A stretch of 64,000 bases of DNA from the human T2T-CHM13v2.0 reference genome, Homo sapiens: assembly GCF_009914755.1 (NCBI RefSeq), contig NC_060929.1; one strand, given 5' to 3'. The notes under the pieces are model-generated. The model saw only the letters and a program-made list of their open reading frames with translations, did no database searches and was not told the DNA's origin. The position numbers and the translations under genes were made by a program. Shown one piece after another: positions 13,366-26,839 of the stretch. Position 1 is the first letter of the stretch, and every line of letters begins with the position of its first letter.

Positions 13366-14052
13366 TAAATGTAAGACTACCACTATATCAGTACTATTAA
13401 AAAATGTTTGAACTTGGGAGTAGGAAACACTTTCCTATGACTCAAAATCTACATGCAATAAGAGAAAAGTTAGATAAACTTGACATACAAATTAAAATTA
13501 TAAAAACTATACAGCAAAAAATTCTTAATTTAAAATTTTTTAAACCCAGAAAAAAACACTTGCCACTTTCTGCAGGAATAATGAGTTAATATTATAAAAA
13601 TAGAGGAAAGAATAAATCGATTAATTATAGTAAACTGGGCAAGAGATATAAAGAGATATTTCACCAAAAAGTAATGTAAATGGCTCTTAGTCCATATGAA
13701 AAGAGACTTAATCTTACTAATAATAAAATAAATGCAAATTAAGATTATATACACTATTCACTCAGAATGACAAAAAATCTAAAAGTTCAATAATCCACTC
13801 TTTTGGCAAGGTTGGAGGAAACATTCTCATACACCGCTGGTACAAAACAGAACAAACCCATTGAGAAGAGATTGACACTATCTAGCAAAACTAATAAGCA
13901 TTTACCCTTTGACTCAGTAATCTCACTTCTAGAAGTCCATCCCAATGGCAAAAATAGAAAAAGATGTATGCAGAAAATTATCTTTTACAGCACAATTTAT
14001 TACAGTAAAAGTCTGCAAACACACCAAATAGCTACCAATAGAGAACTGGTTT

Positions 14053-14211
14053 AGTGGTCTGCAAACCACAGTGCACAGGCCAAATCTCCAGGCCTGTTTC
14101 TATACAGCCTAGAAGTTGAGAGTGGTTTTACATTTTTAAAGGATTATAGAAAAAAAATGTGACAAATATGTTATTATCTGGTTCTTTACAGAAAATGTTT
14201 GCTGAACTCGG
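14053..14211 (+). mobile_element. hAT-Charlie DNA transposon fossil, MER58-like
   Basis: AGTGGTCTGCAAACCACAG...CAGGCCAAATC...TCTTTACAGAAAATGTTTGCTGA termini. Confidence 0.65.
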
Positions 14212-14350
14212 CTATGAACCAGCAAGGTACATCCACACAATGAAGAACTACACAATTGTAAAGAAAAATAAGAACTAAAAATAACAACTGCAATAGATTG
14301 AAACACAACAAATATGTGAGTTGATACCAATATTAAAAACAATAATGTGG

Positions 14351-14652
<302 letters not shown>

Positions 14653-14675
14653 AATAATGTGTCTCATTGTTTGTG

Positions 14676-14982
<307 letters not shown>

Positions 14983-15491
14983 TCACTTTTGGAGAATTCC
15001 AAGAAACAGGCAAATAAAATGAAAGAATTGAGCATTTAACCCACTTTTCCTGAGAAACCAGTTGCTACTATCATGACAGAAAGAGTGACAATAAGGGATA
15101 TGGCTCCTTGATATAAATAAACACCACCATCCATGAAATAATGTGGAAAACAAATCCAATCTTAATCTGAGTAAGCTCTTAAATCTGGTTATCAATTTAT
15201 AGAATATACAGAGGACAGAAAAAAATACTTTTAATAACACCACAGGAATAAAATTAGCAAAATTTAGACTACAAGAAACTCTACTGACAAAGTGACCAGA
15301 TTTTTCAACAAATAAGTTGCAAAGAAAGAAAACCTTAGATCGAAGGAGGCTTAAGAGACCTATTAAACAATTAAAATATATGAGTCTTATTTTCATTAGA
15401 AGTCAAACTAATTTTGAAAACAAATTGTGAGAAAGCATTTCTGTAGCAGCTGAGAAAATTTTAACACGGTGTAATATTTGAAAAAAATTAA

Positions 15492-15866
<375 letters not shown>

Positions 15867-16243
15867 GAAATTATGTTTTTTAGGAATTGTTATTTTTCAG
15901 ATTGAAATATTAATGGAAGAAATGATATCAAGTCTTGGATTTTCTTCAAAATAATCTAGAGGTAGAGGGGTTAGCAAGTGCGGCACAGATGAAGTTGGCC
16001 AAGAATTGACCATTATTGAAGCTGGGTGACATATTCATCTAAACAGGCACAGGGGTTCATTGTGCTTTCTTCGTATATAATTGAACTTTTTCATAATAAA
16101 AGTATTATGTTTAAATAAAACCAGAGAAAAAGGAAATAAAAAACTGAAGCACCACCATTCACCTCAAGCACTGGGGATAAAGTGTGAATTATGAATTTTG
16201 GGGTCAGCAACTGTCTGTGGTTTCATTAAAAATTCACCACTGA

Positions 16244-16302
16244 GGCCAGGCACAGTGGCTCACGCCTGTAATCCCAGCACTTTGGGAGGCCGCGGTGGGT
16301 GG
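16244..16302 (+). mobile_element. Alu 5' fragment (59 bp, 3'-truncated)
   Basis: GGCCAGGCACAGTGGCTCACGCCTGTAATCCCAGCACTTTGGGAGGCCGCGGTGGGTGG, then unrelated sequence. Confidence 0.9.
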
Positions 16303-17119
16303 GGTGCATTTTACAGAAAAGGAGAAGTTGTGGGACAGGCATTCACATAGGTAACCATATATTTGTAAATCAATGCTGTGACATGGTTTTATCTTTTCTT
16401 GAGAGTCAGTGCAACATGCTAACTATCTATATGAGGGCAATGTCTGTAGAAGTTCATTCTTGCTTCTTGAAACAAATGGAATTCACTTGTGCTGTGTAAA
16501 GAGGACTAATGAAACTATCCATATAATCCAGGCAAAAACTTGATGCTGAGGGTAAAGAGGCTTGGGTTGTTCTGAACTAATTAGGCCAGCTAATATTGTT
16601 CAAATACACAAGATAATTGCTTAGGCATCCTCGTGAAAGTATGAGTAAGATTTGGGCGGTTCTCACTGGCATTGAGAACCTAAAACTACCTCCCTGTCCC
16701 ATGCCTTTTCTGTACAGATGCCTCTTTGGTATCCCAAGGCAGAAGTGATCTTTCCCTCCTACAAACATCCAAAGAAATGCTTCGTACTTCTCTTCTAGTT
16801 TATTTAACTTCCTTATATTTGTTTGCATGCTTTTATCTACCGGTAGATTGTTGCTTGCACAGGACAGTATCTGTCTTATTTTATTGCTCCTAAGACTGAT
16901 TATAGTGCTTTCCCTATACACAGTAAATTCCTAAATCATAATGCTAAATATGTAAGTCATTCAGTGACCCATAGTAAACCAGACCAACTTATTATGAGTT
17001 CAAAACTCTTTGAGCCAGAGGTTTTTCAACTGGCCAATTAATAAATAAAATAAATGTACTAGTACTGTCAATATACCCAGCACAGTGTTTAGTACCACTA
17101 GGTAAATGATTTTAAAATT

Positions 17120-17290
17120 CATTTGCTAAGACCTTGGGAAACCTTACACCGAGCCTTAATGTCCTATCTGCAAACTGGGGGGTCGAGGAGGAGTAATAAT
17201 ACTTCCTTTGTAAGATGATTATAGGAGTTAGAAATTATATGTAGAAAAGAGCAAGTACAGAGTAATCTTTTCTGTTTAATTGTAGTTATT
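17120..17290 (+). mobile_element. MIR SINE relic
   Basis: GACCTTGGGAAA...CCTATCTGCAAACTGGG...TAATAATAC. Confidence 0.5.
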
Positions 17291-17779
17291 ATTCATTGTG
17301 GTGGGTATGAATTTTCAGGCATAACTCTCAAGTGCGAGAAAATTCACATTTCTTTATTGCTCATGAAATTCATGTTGTCCTCGCTGATCTCTCCACTTTC
17401 CTTGGACAGAAATTGAATTTCAGTTGTATTCTAGAGATCTCTAAACAGTCCAAAGATGTGGAAAGTCTCCATGTGTTTTATGCAGTCCTCTGCATTTGGG
17501 AAAGGCTCTCTGGACTTCAGTCTACTCTGCTTATCACTAATAAACTCTTCCAAGCCCTTCTTGGCCCCTTGGGATTGAAACTCTCTATCTTTGGTTCCCA
17601 GAACCATAATTTCTATGTTCCCTATTCCCCTTGGGCTGAGGAATCTTCCACTCCCTTAGTTTGAACTTTTCTGCCCCCACTCCCTAACTATAGAAGCCTG
17701 AGGCCAGGTGGGAGGGTTGTCATGTAGGAATCTGGAAACTTCTGCTTTAGTCTCTGAAACTCAAAAGTTGAGATGTCAT

Positions 17780-18050
17780 TGAGTCTTAGCTCAAATGTTA
17801 TCTCTTTGTAGAGATCTTTCTAGAATATCCCTTGTAAAGTAGAGTCCACACTCAATCCCAGCCAATTACATCACTCTATTTTATTATTTTCATAGAGTTC
17901 ATCACTATCTTGACTTATCATAATCATTAATTGTCTTTGCTTGCTAGGATACAGTCTTCCAAGGGGCGGAAATCTTATTCACCATTGTATCCTTAGCACT
18001 ATGTCTGGCACATATCAGATGCTCAGTAAATACTTCTTAAATAAAATAAT
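17780..18050 (+). mobile_element. L2 LINE 3' relic
   Basis: GCTCAAATGTTATCTCTT...TTCACCATTGTATCCTTAGCAC...TCTGGCACATATCAGATGCTCAGTAAATA. Confidence 0.7.
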
Positions 18051-18218
18051 TAATTATCCTGCCAAATTGTGAAGCTAATGGTGATGAAGTTGATGAAAGA
18101 AATATGACATAGTACTTATTTTAAGGTTGCTTAAACTATTTTGAGTTAATAATCAAGAAATAATTTGAAGGCTGACCCAAGGCTTGAGTGGAGAGTTTGG
18201 AGAGGTGAGGTAGTTAGA

Positions 18219-18370
18219 ATAAATATATATATATATATTTATATATTCATTTATACAAATTCATAATACATTTATACAACTAATTTTATACAAATAATAT
18301 ATAAAATATGTAAAATGTATACAGTACACATTACTTATAAATATGTATAAAATAGAAGCTTTCTATATAG
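18219..18370. repeat. AT-rich low-complexity tract
   Basis: (TA)n core with degenerate TATACAA units. Confidence 0.85.
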
Positions 18371-18495
18371 TTAGAAAAAGTTCTTAAAGTTCCAATGTTT
18401 GTATTAATAATATGAAAGGTAGATATATTTATGTTTAGCAAAAGGGGACATGGATTATAAAAGCTTGAGCAATATTGGTTTAAATTTTAGTGCCA

Positions 18496-18671
18496 CAGTG
18501 AGTCGTGAGCTAACTCCACCTGAATCACTGGAGCATTTAAAAAATATAGAATCGAGGGCACTACCCATAGAGGTCCTGGTTCTGTAGAACTGGGATGAGA
18601 TTCAGAAATTTGTGTTTTGAAAAAAGAATCTCTAGATGATTCTGCTTCTTAACCAAACTTGGGAGCCAGTG
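18496..18671. mobile_element. hAT-Charlie fossil, MER5-like
   Basis: CAGTG...GAATCACTGGAG...GGTTCTGTAGAACTGGGATGAG...AGATGATTCTG...CCAAACTTGGGAGCCAGTG. Confidence 0.6.
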
Positions 18672-18779
18672 ATTTATGTGAAAAGTCTATGGAAAGGAAA
18701 GAAAAGGAAAGTGAATTTAAAGAGGGATATCTTTGTGGATGATGTAGAACTTCAGCTCAAACACTGTGCCCCCTAGGGG

Positions 18780-19195
18780 CTGGGGAAATAATAAGGGCCT
18801 TTCTCTACTACCTGATCCCTGCCACAACCACAGCTGATTGGACCCAGCCTGGAATAAATCAGGCTTCTCTCTCCCAGCAGTAGAATTGGGATCCAGTGTG
18901 AATTTCTTTTGTTAGCTCAAACTGAGAAGATGGGTATTTGGGGGCTATGGAAAGCCATATTCTGGCATGAATCTGTGAGAAGAGACAATTTGTTAATAGG
19001 GAAAAGTAGACAGAGATGCAAAAACAATCGGAAACACAAGTCCATGTAATTAAGAGAGAGAATTGCCAAGAGGGTAATTAATTGCCTTGGCTTCTGATGT
19101 TTTTGGTTCCTGGGTGTAGCCCCTGAGATTCTTATAATAAATTCCCTTTTATTTGCTTAAGATAGTTTTAGTGCTTCTGCTACCTGCAACCAAAA
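18780..19195 (+). mobile_element. Old MaLR LTR (MLT1-like)
   Basis: 3' end AATAAATTCCCTTTTATTTGCTTAAGATAGTTTTAGTG...CTACCTGCAACCAAAA. Confidence 0.55.
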
Positions 19196-19889
19196 TACAT
19201 TTTCAGGAGGCCAGAAGGGAAAAAAAAAAGCGTATAACAAGACTGGGTATGGGAGAAAGTACTTTGTTCCATCGCCAAGGAAGGCTATGGTTCATGAGAT
19301 GTCATGTTCCGACACTCAGCAGAAGGCCCTGTGCTGTTTTTATGAGGAGTTCTGACAGCCTGTATCCAGCCAGGGCTGGGAAGGCGCTGTGACTTTCACA
19401 CCCTCACGACCATGGCAATTTGACAGCAGAGGATAATGAACCCCACAGCTGGGGTTGGGATGCTTCTGTCTGCTTCGGCAGTGGCCTCTTCACTCCGGTA
19501 CTGGAAAAAAGTACTCAGGGGGAAGCTGCTTCCCAGGTCAAAAATGATCCTTGAAAAATGCTATCCAGGGGCCACTTCCAAAATCGTAATGTCCACAGTA
19601 GGCAGGAAACAGGGAGGCACGAGCGAAAATGGAAACCAGTGCTCCTCTGAGGATAAAATTTTCTCTCTACTGAGATGGAAATTTTTCTCCCTTTCCTTTG
19701 CTTCTGCTACCATGGAATGGCCCTCTATTTTTCTTTTTTCTGAATTATCTTGGCTACATGATATGGTTGTTTGTCTTCTCTCTCTTGTACAGGAAGATAA
19801 ACACTCTGAGAGTAAAATCCAGGTCAACTTCATTTCTAGACTTACACAGTGCCTCACACAGAAAATGTGCTCCAGGATAAATGTTTATG

Positions 19890-20075
19890 AAGGCTCTGCC
19901 ACTTACTACCTGTGTGATCTTGGGAAACTTTCTTAACCTCTTCAAGTCTTATTTTCCTTACTTATAAAATAGTGATAATATTCCTTTGCTTTCTGGATTA
20001 TGTGTAAGTGAAGATTAAGACATCCGTAAAGTGTCTTGCATGGGATAAGCACACCATAAACGGTAGCTATTATTT
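19890..20075 (+). mobile_element. MIR SINE
   Basis: GGCTCTGCCACTTACTACCTGTGTGATCTTGGGAAACTTTCTTAACCTCT. Confidence 0.8.
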
Positions 20076-21514
20076 GTAAGCTCTGGGCATGAGCAGTGGC
20101 AAAACCAAACTGCACCCCCTTCTCTCCTGCCTTGACTATCCTATCTGGCTTCTGTTTCAACCCCAGTGTGCCCCAGTAGCAATAGTGCATCCATTCATCC
20201 AGCAGAGGGAGCTAGGCTAGAAAGTAACTACACTAAGTGAACCATAAGTACACAGTAAATATTGCATCATACCCAGCTTTGAAATGTGCAAAAAATTATA
20301 CCTGCTCATGCCAAATTAGAAATGGCTTTCAAGTGCCTGATGCTACATTCATCACCATGTCCCAGAAAGATGCTGACTGAAGGTTTTCAAAAACTTCAAA
20401 AGACTCTTGCAATAATTGCATATTCATTAGACAAATTAGTTCTAGATTATTTTTAAAACCATAACTTGGAGAAAAAAAAAAGACCAACAAAGAATTGAAT
20501 AAAATTATGCAGGAGTGGTGTTTAGAATATAAAAATGTAGAATACTATTCATTCTGTATGAAAGCATTAAATGGAAAAAAGTGGGGAGAGGGAGGAGGAA
20601 ACCTAAAAATAAAAAGCCACAAAGAGAAAAATAATCTGTCTTTAAAAAATTCAGTCCTTGGGAAGTAGATAGAATTTTTCTATTAGTTTTGGTTGGGAGG
20701 AAAATGTACAGTTTCCACCTCTGATGGGGGAACCTCACTGGGAAAATAATAACCACTATCATCATAATACGACATTGGCTGAACTAGGTGATTAGCACAG
20801 TGTGACGTCTACAATAAGTATCTGCTGGGATCTTGTTCTTTGAGGAGTCACAATCTGGTATAACAGACCTGGCTTCATTTTTTGTAGGCTCCATTATATC
20901 CGAAATAAGCTGCTGCCACTTCGCCCAGATGTATTAACAGGGTAGAAGGTCAGGAAAAGCAGAGAAAAGCCACCAAGGGTGCACCCAGTGGCTCACAGCT
21001 TCCTGCCTTGAAGTGCATTTCTAAATGGAAAAACAAGTCCGAGAATGCCAGACCAGGCAGGGCTCTTCATGACAGCAGCCATGAGGAGGGAAATGCTGGT
21101 ATTCACCATGTGGGAAGGTTAGGTGACACGCTCCCTTCCTGAGGCCACATGTGTACAATATCAAGGTATAAATTAAAGAGCCCAGCAGCGGTTCCTGTTA
21201 CTTGCCAATGACCATCGAGGTTGATCATTTCACCATATGCAAAGGGCTGGCTGGCTTTCACTTGGCATAAAAATCAAGAAGCTTTTCAACACTGCTGGTT
21301 CCAAAACTAACATCATCTTCATGATTATAAGCACAGTGTTACATCATGGGACTAGCAGGGGAGGAAGGCATTGAGAAAATAATCACATAATTAATTTATG
21401 ATTCTAAATTGTAGCTCATGCTCCAAAGGGGAAAAAAGACCAGAGAGCCACAGAGAAAAATACAGAGCATTGTTTATATTGGGTGAAAGCAGTCAGAGAA
21501 GACCAGTATTTCTA

Positions 21515-21680
21515 GGTAGTACAGAACAGTTAAGAACCTAGGTACTGGTGTCAGAAAGATTTAGATTTGAGCCTGAATTTGTCCTTTACTAGCTCTGTGA
21601 CTTTGACTTTAGGTAAGTCATTTTCTTCTTCAAGCCTGAGTTCTCCCATTTGCAAAATAAGGATAATACCTAGATAGTGA
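21515..21680 (+). mobile_element. MIR SINE
   Basis: TTTACTAGCTCTGTGACTTTG...GGTAAGTCA...TCTCCCATTTGCAAAATAAGGATAATACC. Confidence 0.7.
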
Positions 21681-21782
21681 CTAAAGATGTAATGATGTGT
21701 TCTATACTACCCCTAGAATAGATTCAGCAATCAACAAAACTGTTATTATTGAACATGATAGTCCAAAAAATATCATAACCAG

Positions 21783-22195
21783 TATACTGGTGTGCTAGGG
21801 CTACTGCACCAAATACTACAAACTGGATGGCTTAAATAATAAAACTTTATCTTCTCATAGTTCTGAAGGCTAGAAGTCCAAAACCAAGATGTCAGGATGT
21901 TTGGTTTCTTCTGAGGACTCTCTCCTAGACTTTCAGATGGCCACCTTCTCGCTATGTCCTCACATGGCCTCTCCTCTGTGTGCATGCATCCCTAGTATCT
22001 CTCTGCATATCTACATTTCCTCTTGTTAAAAGCACACTAGTCACATTGGATTAGGGCCCACCCTAATGCCCTTATTTTGCCTTTATCACTCTTAAAAGGC
22101 CTTATCTCCAAATACAGATACTCTCAGATACTGGAGTTTAGGGCTTCAACACATGAATTGTAGGAGAGAGGGAGAACACAGTTCAACCTATAACG
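21783..22195 (-). mobile_element. Solo MaLR LTR, MLT1B-like
   Basis: CTAGGGCTACT...ACAAACTGGATGGCTTAAA...CTCATAGTTCTGAAGGCTAGAAGTCC...GGATTAGGGCCCACCCTAATG. TSD ACCAG at 21778-21782 and 22196-22200. Confidence 0.88.
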
Positions 22196-22934
22196 ACCAG
22201 TATGGCATGGAGCTGACCAATCACAAAGGGGGCTGCTTGGTCACTGGCCAGTAGAACGAGCTGCTGATTGTATAGAACAGCAGAGTGCACTGATGCACAT
22301 TGCTTATTGGTATTATTATTATTACTGAGTTTTAATAGCACTGCCTCTACTCAGGGATATACCAGGTTTGTAAGCAGAGCGACACAAAGTTTTCTAGAGG
22401 GGAGATTCCAGGAAGCAAAACAGTCTCCAACAAATGTTAACTTCTACATCCTGCCATGCCTGGAACCGGACAAATACAGAGATGCTTTAGAGCTACCTTG
22501 TGAAAAGAGACAAAAGGGGAAGAGCAGGAGGGGGAAGGATAAGAGAGTTAATGGTGACTGAGATTTGAACAAAGACAATGAGGAAGAACATGTATGTAGA
22601 GGAGAAAAATGACATGAAAAGAGTCAATAGTCCAGGGGTGAAAGAAGCCTCGATGGGCTGGGCCCTAGCTTTGGTTCTAGTCCAGGCTCAACAAACCAAT
22701 CTGAACTTTTACGCAATCAGAATAAACTCTTCTTTGTGGACCTCCTTCATGAAATCCTGCTAAAAGAGATTCTTCCTCTTCCTCTCTATCCAAATGGATG
22801 CTTTTGTTATCCTGTGTTGTTTCAGACTGTAGGTCGTGGGAGAGAAAGGAAAAAAACCCCACTAAAACCTATCACTCTCTTCTTATTGTTTCCTTGTTCC
22901 TCTCTTTGGTTAGCTTTCATTTTGTGCTTGCCCA

Positions 22935-23130
22935 TGTGCAGGCACTGTGCTTCACATTCATGCTTTCATTTAATCCTCATAGTTGTTCTGTTATTATTTC
23001 ACAGATGAGAAAATATGAGGTTCAGAGATGTTTAGTGACTTGCCAAAGGTCAAACTAAGAGTAAGTGAAGAGCTGGGACTTGAACTTAAATCCATCCCAC
23101 TTAAAGTCCCTGCTCTTAACCACCATTATC
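22935..23130 (-). mobile_element. MIR SINE
   Basis: CAGGCACTGTGCT...TCATTTAATCCTCA...TTTCACAGATGAGAAAA..GAGGTTCAGAGA...GTGACTTGCC. Confidence 0.85.
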
Positions 23131-23394
23131 ATCCTGTGGCTGTATATTCAGGAAGGAAACACATGGATGAACCAATCCTGGGGGCAGGTAATGACCAGCA
23201 CCAGCATTTGGAGTACAGATTGTAGTCATGGGTGCTGTTGGCACCACTAAGGCAATAACAGTCATCATGGAGTCTAAGGTCAATGCCAGGATTTGAGGTC
23301 ACAGCTTTAGGAAAAACTGAAGATGGAAGGAGGCTTCAAAGTCCAGACCAAGGTTGGGGTATAAGACAGATATGAAGAAAGTTGGGCTGTTGGT

Positions 23395-23890
23395 CTCTGA
23401 TTTATCTTCCTCCCTCACTGTCCACATCCAATTAATCATCAAGTCTTGTTGCTTCTACTTCCAAAATATTTCTGCCATTCTTCTGCCTGTCCCCATCCTG
23501 ACTGCCACTATCCCAATACATTGAGAGAATCAGTTAGTCTCTCTGTTTTCAGCTTTGCCCCTAAACCTTTTATTCCACTGCAGTCAGAATTCTTACTCTG
23601 AAATATAAATCTAATCCTACCACTTCCCCACTTATGTGGCTTCAGTAGCTTCCCATGGCCTCAAAGGCTTCCAAAGCTTTCAATTACCAAAGCCACCTCT
23701 TACCTCCCTGTTTTCACTCTTCCATAAGGCATACTGAACAACTTTCGGTTTCTCTGATGTAATACGCCATGTTCTCTCCAGTCGCTAGGTCTTTGCAAAT
23801 GTTATTCTTGCTCTCTAGAGCCCAGTTTCTACCCTAATGTTTTCAAGTCTCAGCTTGGACATTGCTTCTTTGCAGAAGCCTTCTCTGGCA
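23395..23890 (+). mobile_element. L2 LINE relic
   Basis: CACATCCAATTAATCATCAAGTCTTGTTGCTTCTACTTCCAAAATAT...CAGAAGCCTTCTCTG. Confidence 0.7.
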
Positions 23891-24584
23891 TAGATAAGAA
23901 TTTAGAGGACAAACCTAAACCTCATCACATTGAAGTTCCTCCATGACCATTTTTTTCCTACCCTCAACACTCATTACAAAAGCAAGTATAATGCTTCATT
24001 GCAGTCCCACATCTGTTTCAGGAGTGCTATAAAACATTGTCTATGAGTGTAGAGAGGGAAGTTCTATATATTAATCAGAGAGAGACAGAGAGACCAGAAA
24101 ACAATTGCCTGTAGTAAATATTAAGTCAGTACCACTGTAAAAAGCAGGAGTCCCAGTGTATAGAGAAAAGAGGTAGAAAGCCGCTGACCCACAGGAGAAA
24201 GTAGCCTTCCTCTGCAGAGGGTCACCTAGAAGAGAAGGTAAACAAACTTCAAGCTCTTCAGCTTCCCTATCCTGGACAGTTTCTGACTCTGAGTTCTGTG
24301 AGGAATCTCCTCCAAGATTTTCTGAGGAAGGATCCAAAAAAGCTGCTTGACTTCTCTGTTCACCCTGGTCCCTGATATCGCCATTCTTTGAAAAGCCCTT
24401 TGTCATGGGTTTCCCATGTTACATGGGAATGAACAGCATGGCGATGTATAAATTCTTCACCAAATCAAGCTTTTCTCTTCTGCCTTTGTTATTCATCATA
24501 GGTAAAAGTGTCTGTTACAGAGGAAATTACACATGTAAACCCACTCACTTTACCTCCCTCCTAAGTCTGTTACATGCCTTCCTG

Positions 24585-24750
24585 TAGCATCCTGTGCTCA
24601 GCCAATAGAATTGCCTCACCCAAACCCTACATACACAAGATTATAAACTCCCTGTAGGTAGGGACCACATCTGAGTTATTCATTTTAAATTCACTGCCTA
24701 GCACAGTGCCTGGCTTATAAGGGGGATTTTCAATAACTAAATTCGAATGA
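24585..24750 (+). mobile_element. L2 LINE 3' end relic
   Basis: AGATTATAAACTCC...GGTAGGGACC...GCCTAGCACAGTGCCTGGC...GAATGAAT. Confidence 0.65.
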
Positions 24751-25754
24751 ATATTTATAATATAAATAAACAGTCTAACAATATGTATGCCTTCTCATTA
24801 ATAAGATGCATAATAGATGAAATTTCCCCTCACCACCCAGCCCCACCATGCCCTTAGCAACAAGATCTAAACAGGGGAAGGGTCTTTCCCCAGCCCCACC
24901 TAAAAACGTCTTCTAATCCCACTTTTGGAACAGCAGAAGAAACATTCAACCAGAAATAAGAAAGCTGTGAAAAGGCAGAGTCCATTTAGGGTTAGTTTGA
25001 AGACTATTTGTGTGCGTGTTTTTTTAAAACAACATCTGGACAAATTTTAAAATGTACTTGTGGTCCCATTCATGAAACGGGAAGCAGACCATGGGCTCAG
25101 AGCACCAATTACTTGCCCTTTTGTTTCCGCCATTTCTTGGAGAAAATTTAGTGAGCTAACTTGCAGCATGTCAATATAATAAAGTACCCAACATCTGGGT
25201 AAATTATAGATTAGCTGCAGTAATTGTTCAGCTTTTAAAAAGAATTTTCCAAATAAAAAATTTTTTCTTTAATTTTAATGCATTTTGTTCAATGTCCTAT
25301 AGTTTTGAAAAATGCATCATAATAGAACTGAAATGATCTTATGGCATTTTACCCACATTTGATCTAATTTCCCTAATGATTTTTCCAGCTCTTCTATTAA
25401 AGCAAGACAAATTGTCATCTAGAGAGATGATGACAAAAAAGTATGAAAATAATTACAGGTTTTTTTTAATTTGTCACTCAGACTTGGAGATGCTAAATGA
25501 TGACCAAGAAGATCACCAGGTTAACCTGGAAGAAGGTGTTCTCTCTGGTTATTACCATGTCAATACTACTGTTATTTAACAACCTGGCAGTGTTAATGGG
25601 ACTCTTCTTCTGGGGATGAAACTATGGGGGGTCTTCTGACCTCCAAGTCTCTTGGCAGCTTTTAAGAGAAAAATGCACAAGACATGTGGTCAGGAAAGCC
25701 GGGTCCCAGTCTTAGCTCTGCCATTTGCTTCCTGCATGGCCTTAAAAAGCACAT

Positions 25755-25990
25755 CGTCAAAAGACAATCAGACAAACCCAGGTTGAGATTCAATCTACAA
25801 GATAACTGGCCTGGACTCTTCAAAAATATCAATGTCATGAAAGTCAAGGAAAGGCCTAGGAACTTATTCTTGAATAAAGACAAATAAAGAAATATGACCA
25901 CTAAAATGCAACATGTGATCCTGGACTGGATCCTGGATCAGAAAATAAAAGTGCTATAAAGGACATGATTAAATCAACTAACAAAATTGT
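25755..25990 (+). mobile_element. Old L1M (L1MC/ME) 3' UTR fragment
   Basis: ATCAGACAAACCCA...AACTGGCCTGGACTCTTCAAAAATATCAATGTCATGAAAG...AATGCAACATGTGATCCTGGACTGGATCCTGG. Confidence 0.8.
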
Positions 25991-26839
25991 CATTCTTTTG
26001 TTTATCGATGTGTTACCTTTCAGATTGTCTCTTTCCAGTAGAAACTCCATGACAGCATGGACATTTTCTAATGTATTTGCTTATGCATCACTAGCATTTA
26101 GGGGATGCTCAATGATTTTTTTAATGACTAAATGAATAAATGAGTAGAATCAGATCTGTCAATCCAATCATTGTCCACAAACTACCAGTATTTCCTAACT
26201 TTAAATCAATTAAATATTTAGATGCTTTAAATCAATTACCTCATTTAAATAAATAAAGTCAGTGCTATTAGTCCCATTTTACAGATTAATAAACTAAGAA
26301 TCTTATCAAGGTTTCTATCTCCCAGTGAAACTAGAGGCAAAGCCAAGATTTAAATCAAGTTCAGACTCCCAAGTCTTTGTTTCTTCATTGCATGGTGCAG
26401 CCTCAGAAAAGCACTCACATTCACAATCTTCTCCTCTGATCCAATGCCTCTCATTGGCATCCTGAAATCATATATGCAAGGGCTTGACAAGGTTTCATTT
26501 TCTTCTGCCACTTGTCTTTGACACGATGCCTTCAGCTGCTGTGGGTGATGGGAAGGCTTTTAACCTGGTGAATCAGTAGCTGATCCCTGTCCACCTTCAT
26601 CAGCGGTGTGACACATGGCAGCCTCAGAGACATCTCAGGTCTTTAAGGCATCTTGTTTGTTGCCCTCCAGTCTGACTTTGGCAATTTTCACAACATTAAC
26701 TTGTCCTTTGGATGAAAGATAAAACCCTCGGTAGTCACTTAGGGCGTGACTTGCATCAGCAGTAATGGTAACTGGAGTTTTGTCCTTACTTCATAAAAGT
26801 AAAAAGAAAGCATGGAAATTTTCTAAGGAAGTCCTCGTC

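Noticed and set aside
19436-19936. Longest ORF (166 aa) as a gene
   Set aside because: No recognisable domain, the 3' end runs into a MIR, and one ORF of this length in six frames of 64 kb is unremarkable.
25482-25535. Plus-strand segment DLEMLNDDQEDHQVNLEE after an acceptor-like site, with palindrome CCAGGTTAACCTGG
   Set aside because: No convincing donor, no recognisable protein, and too short to distinguish from chance.
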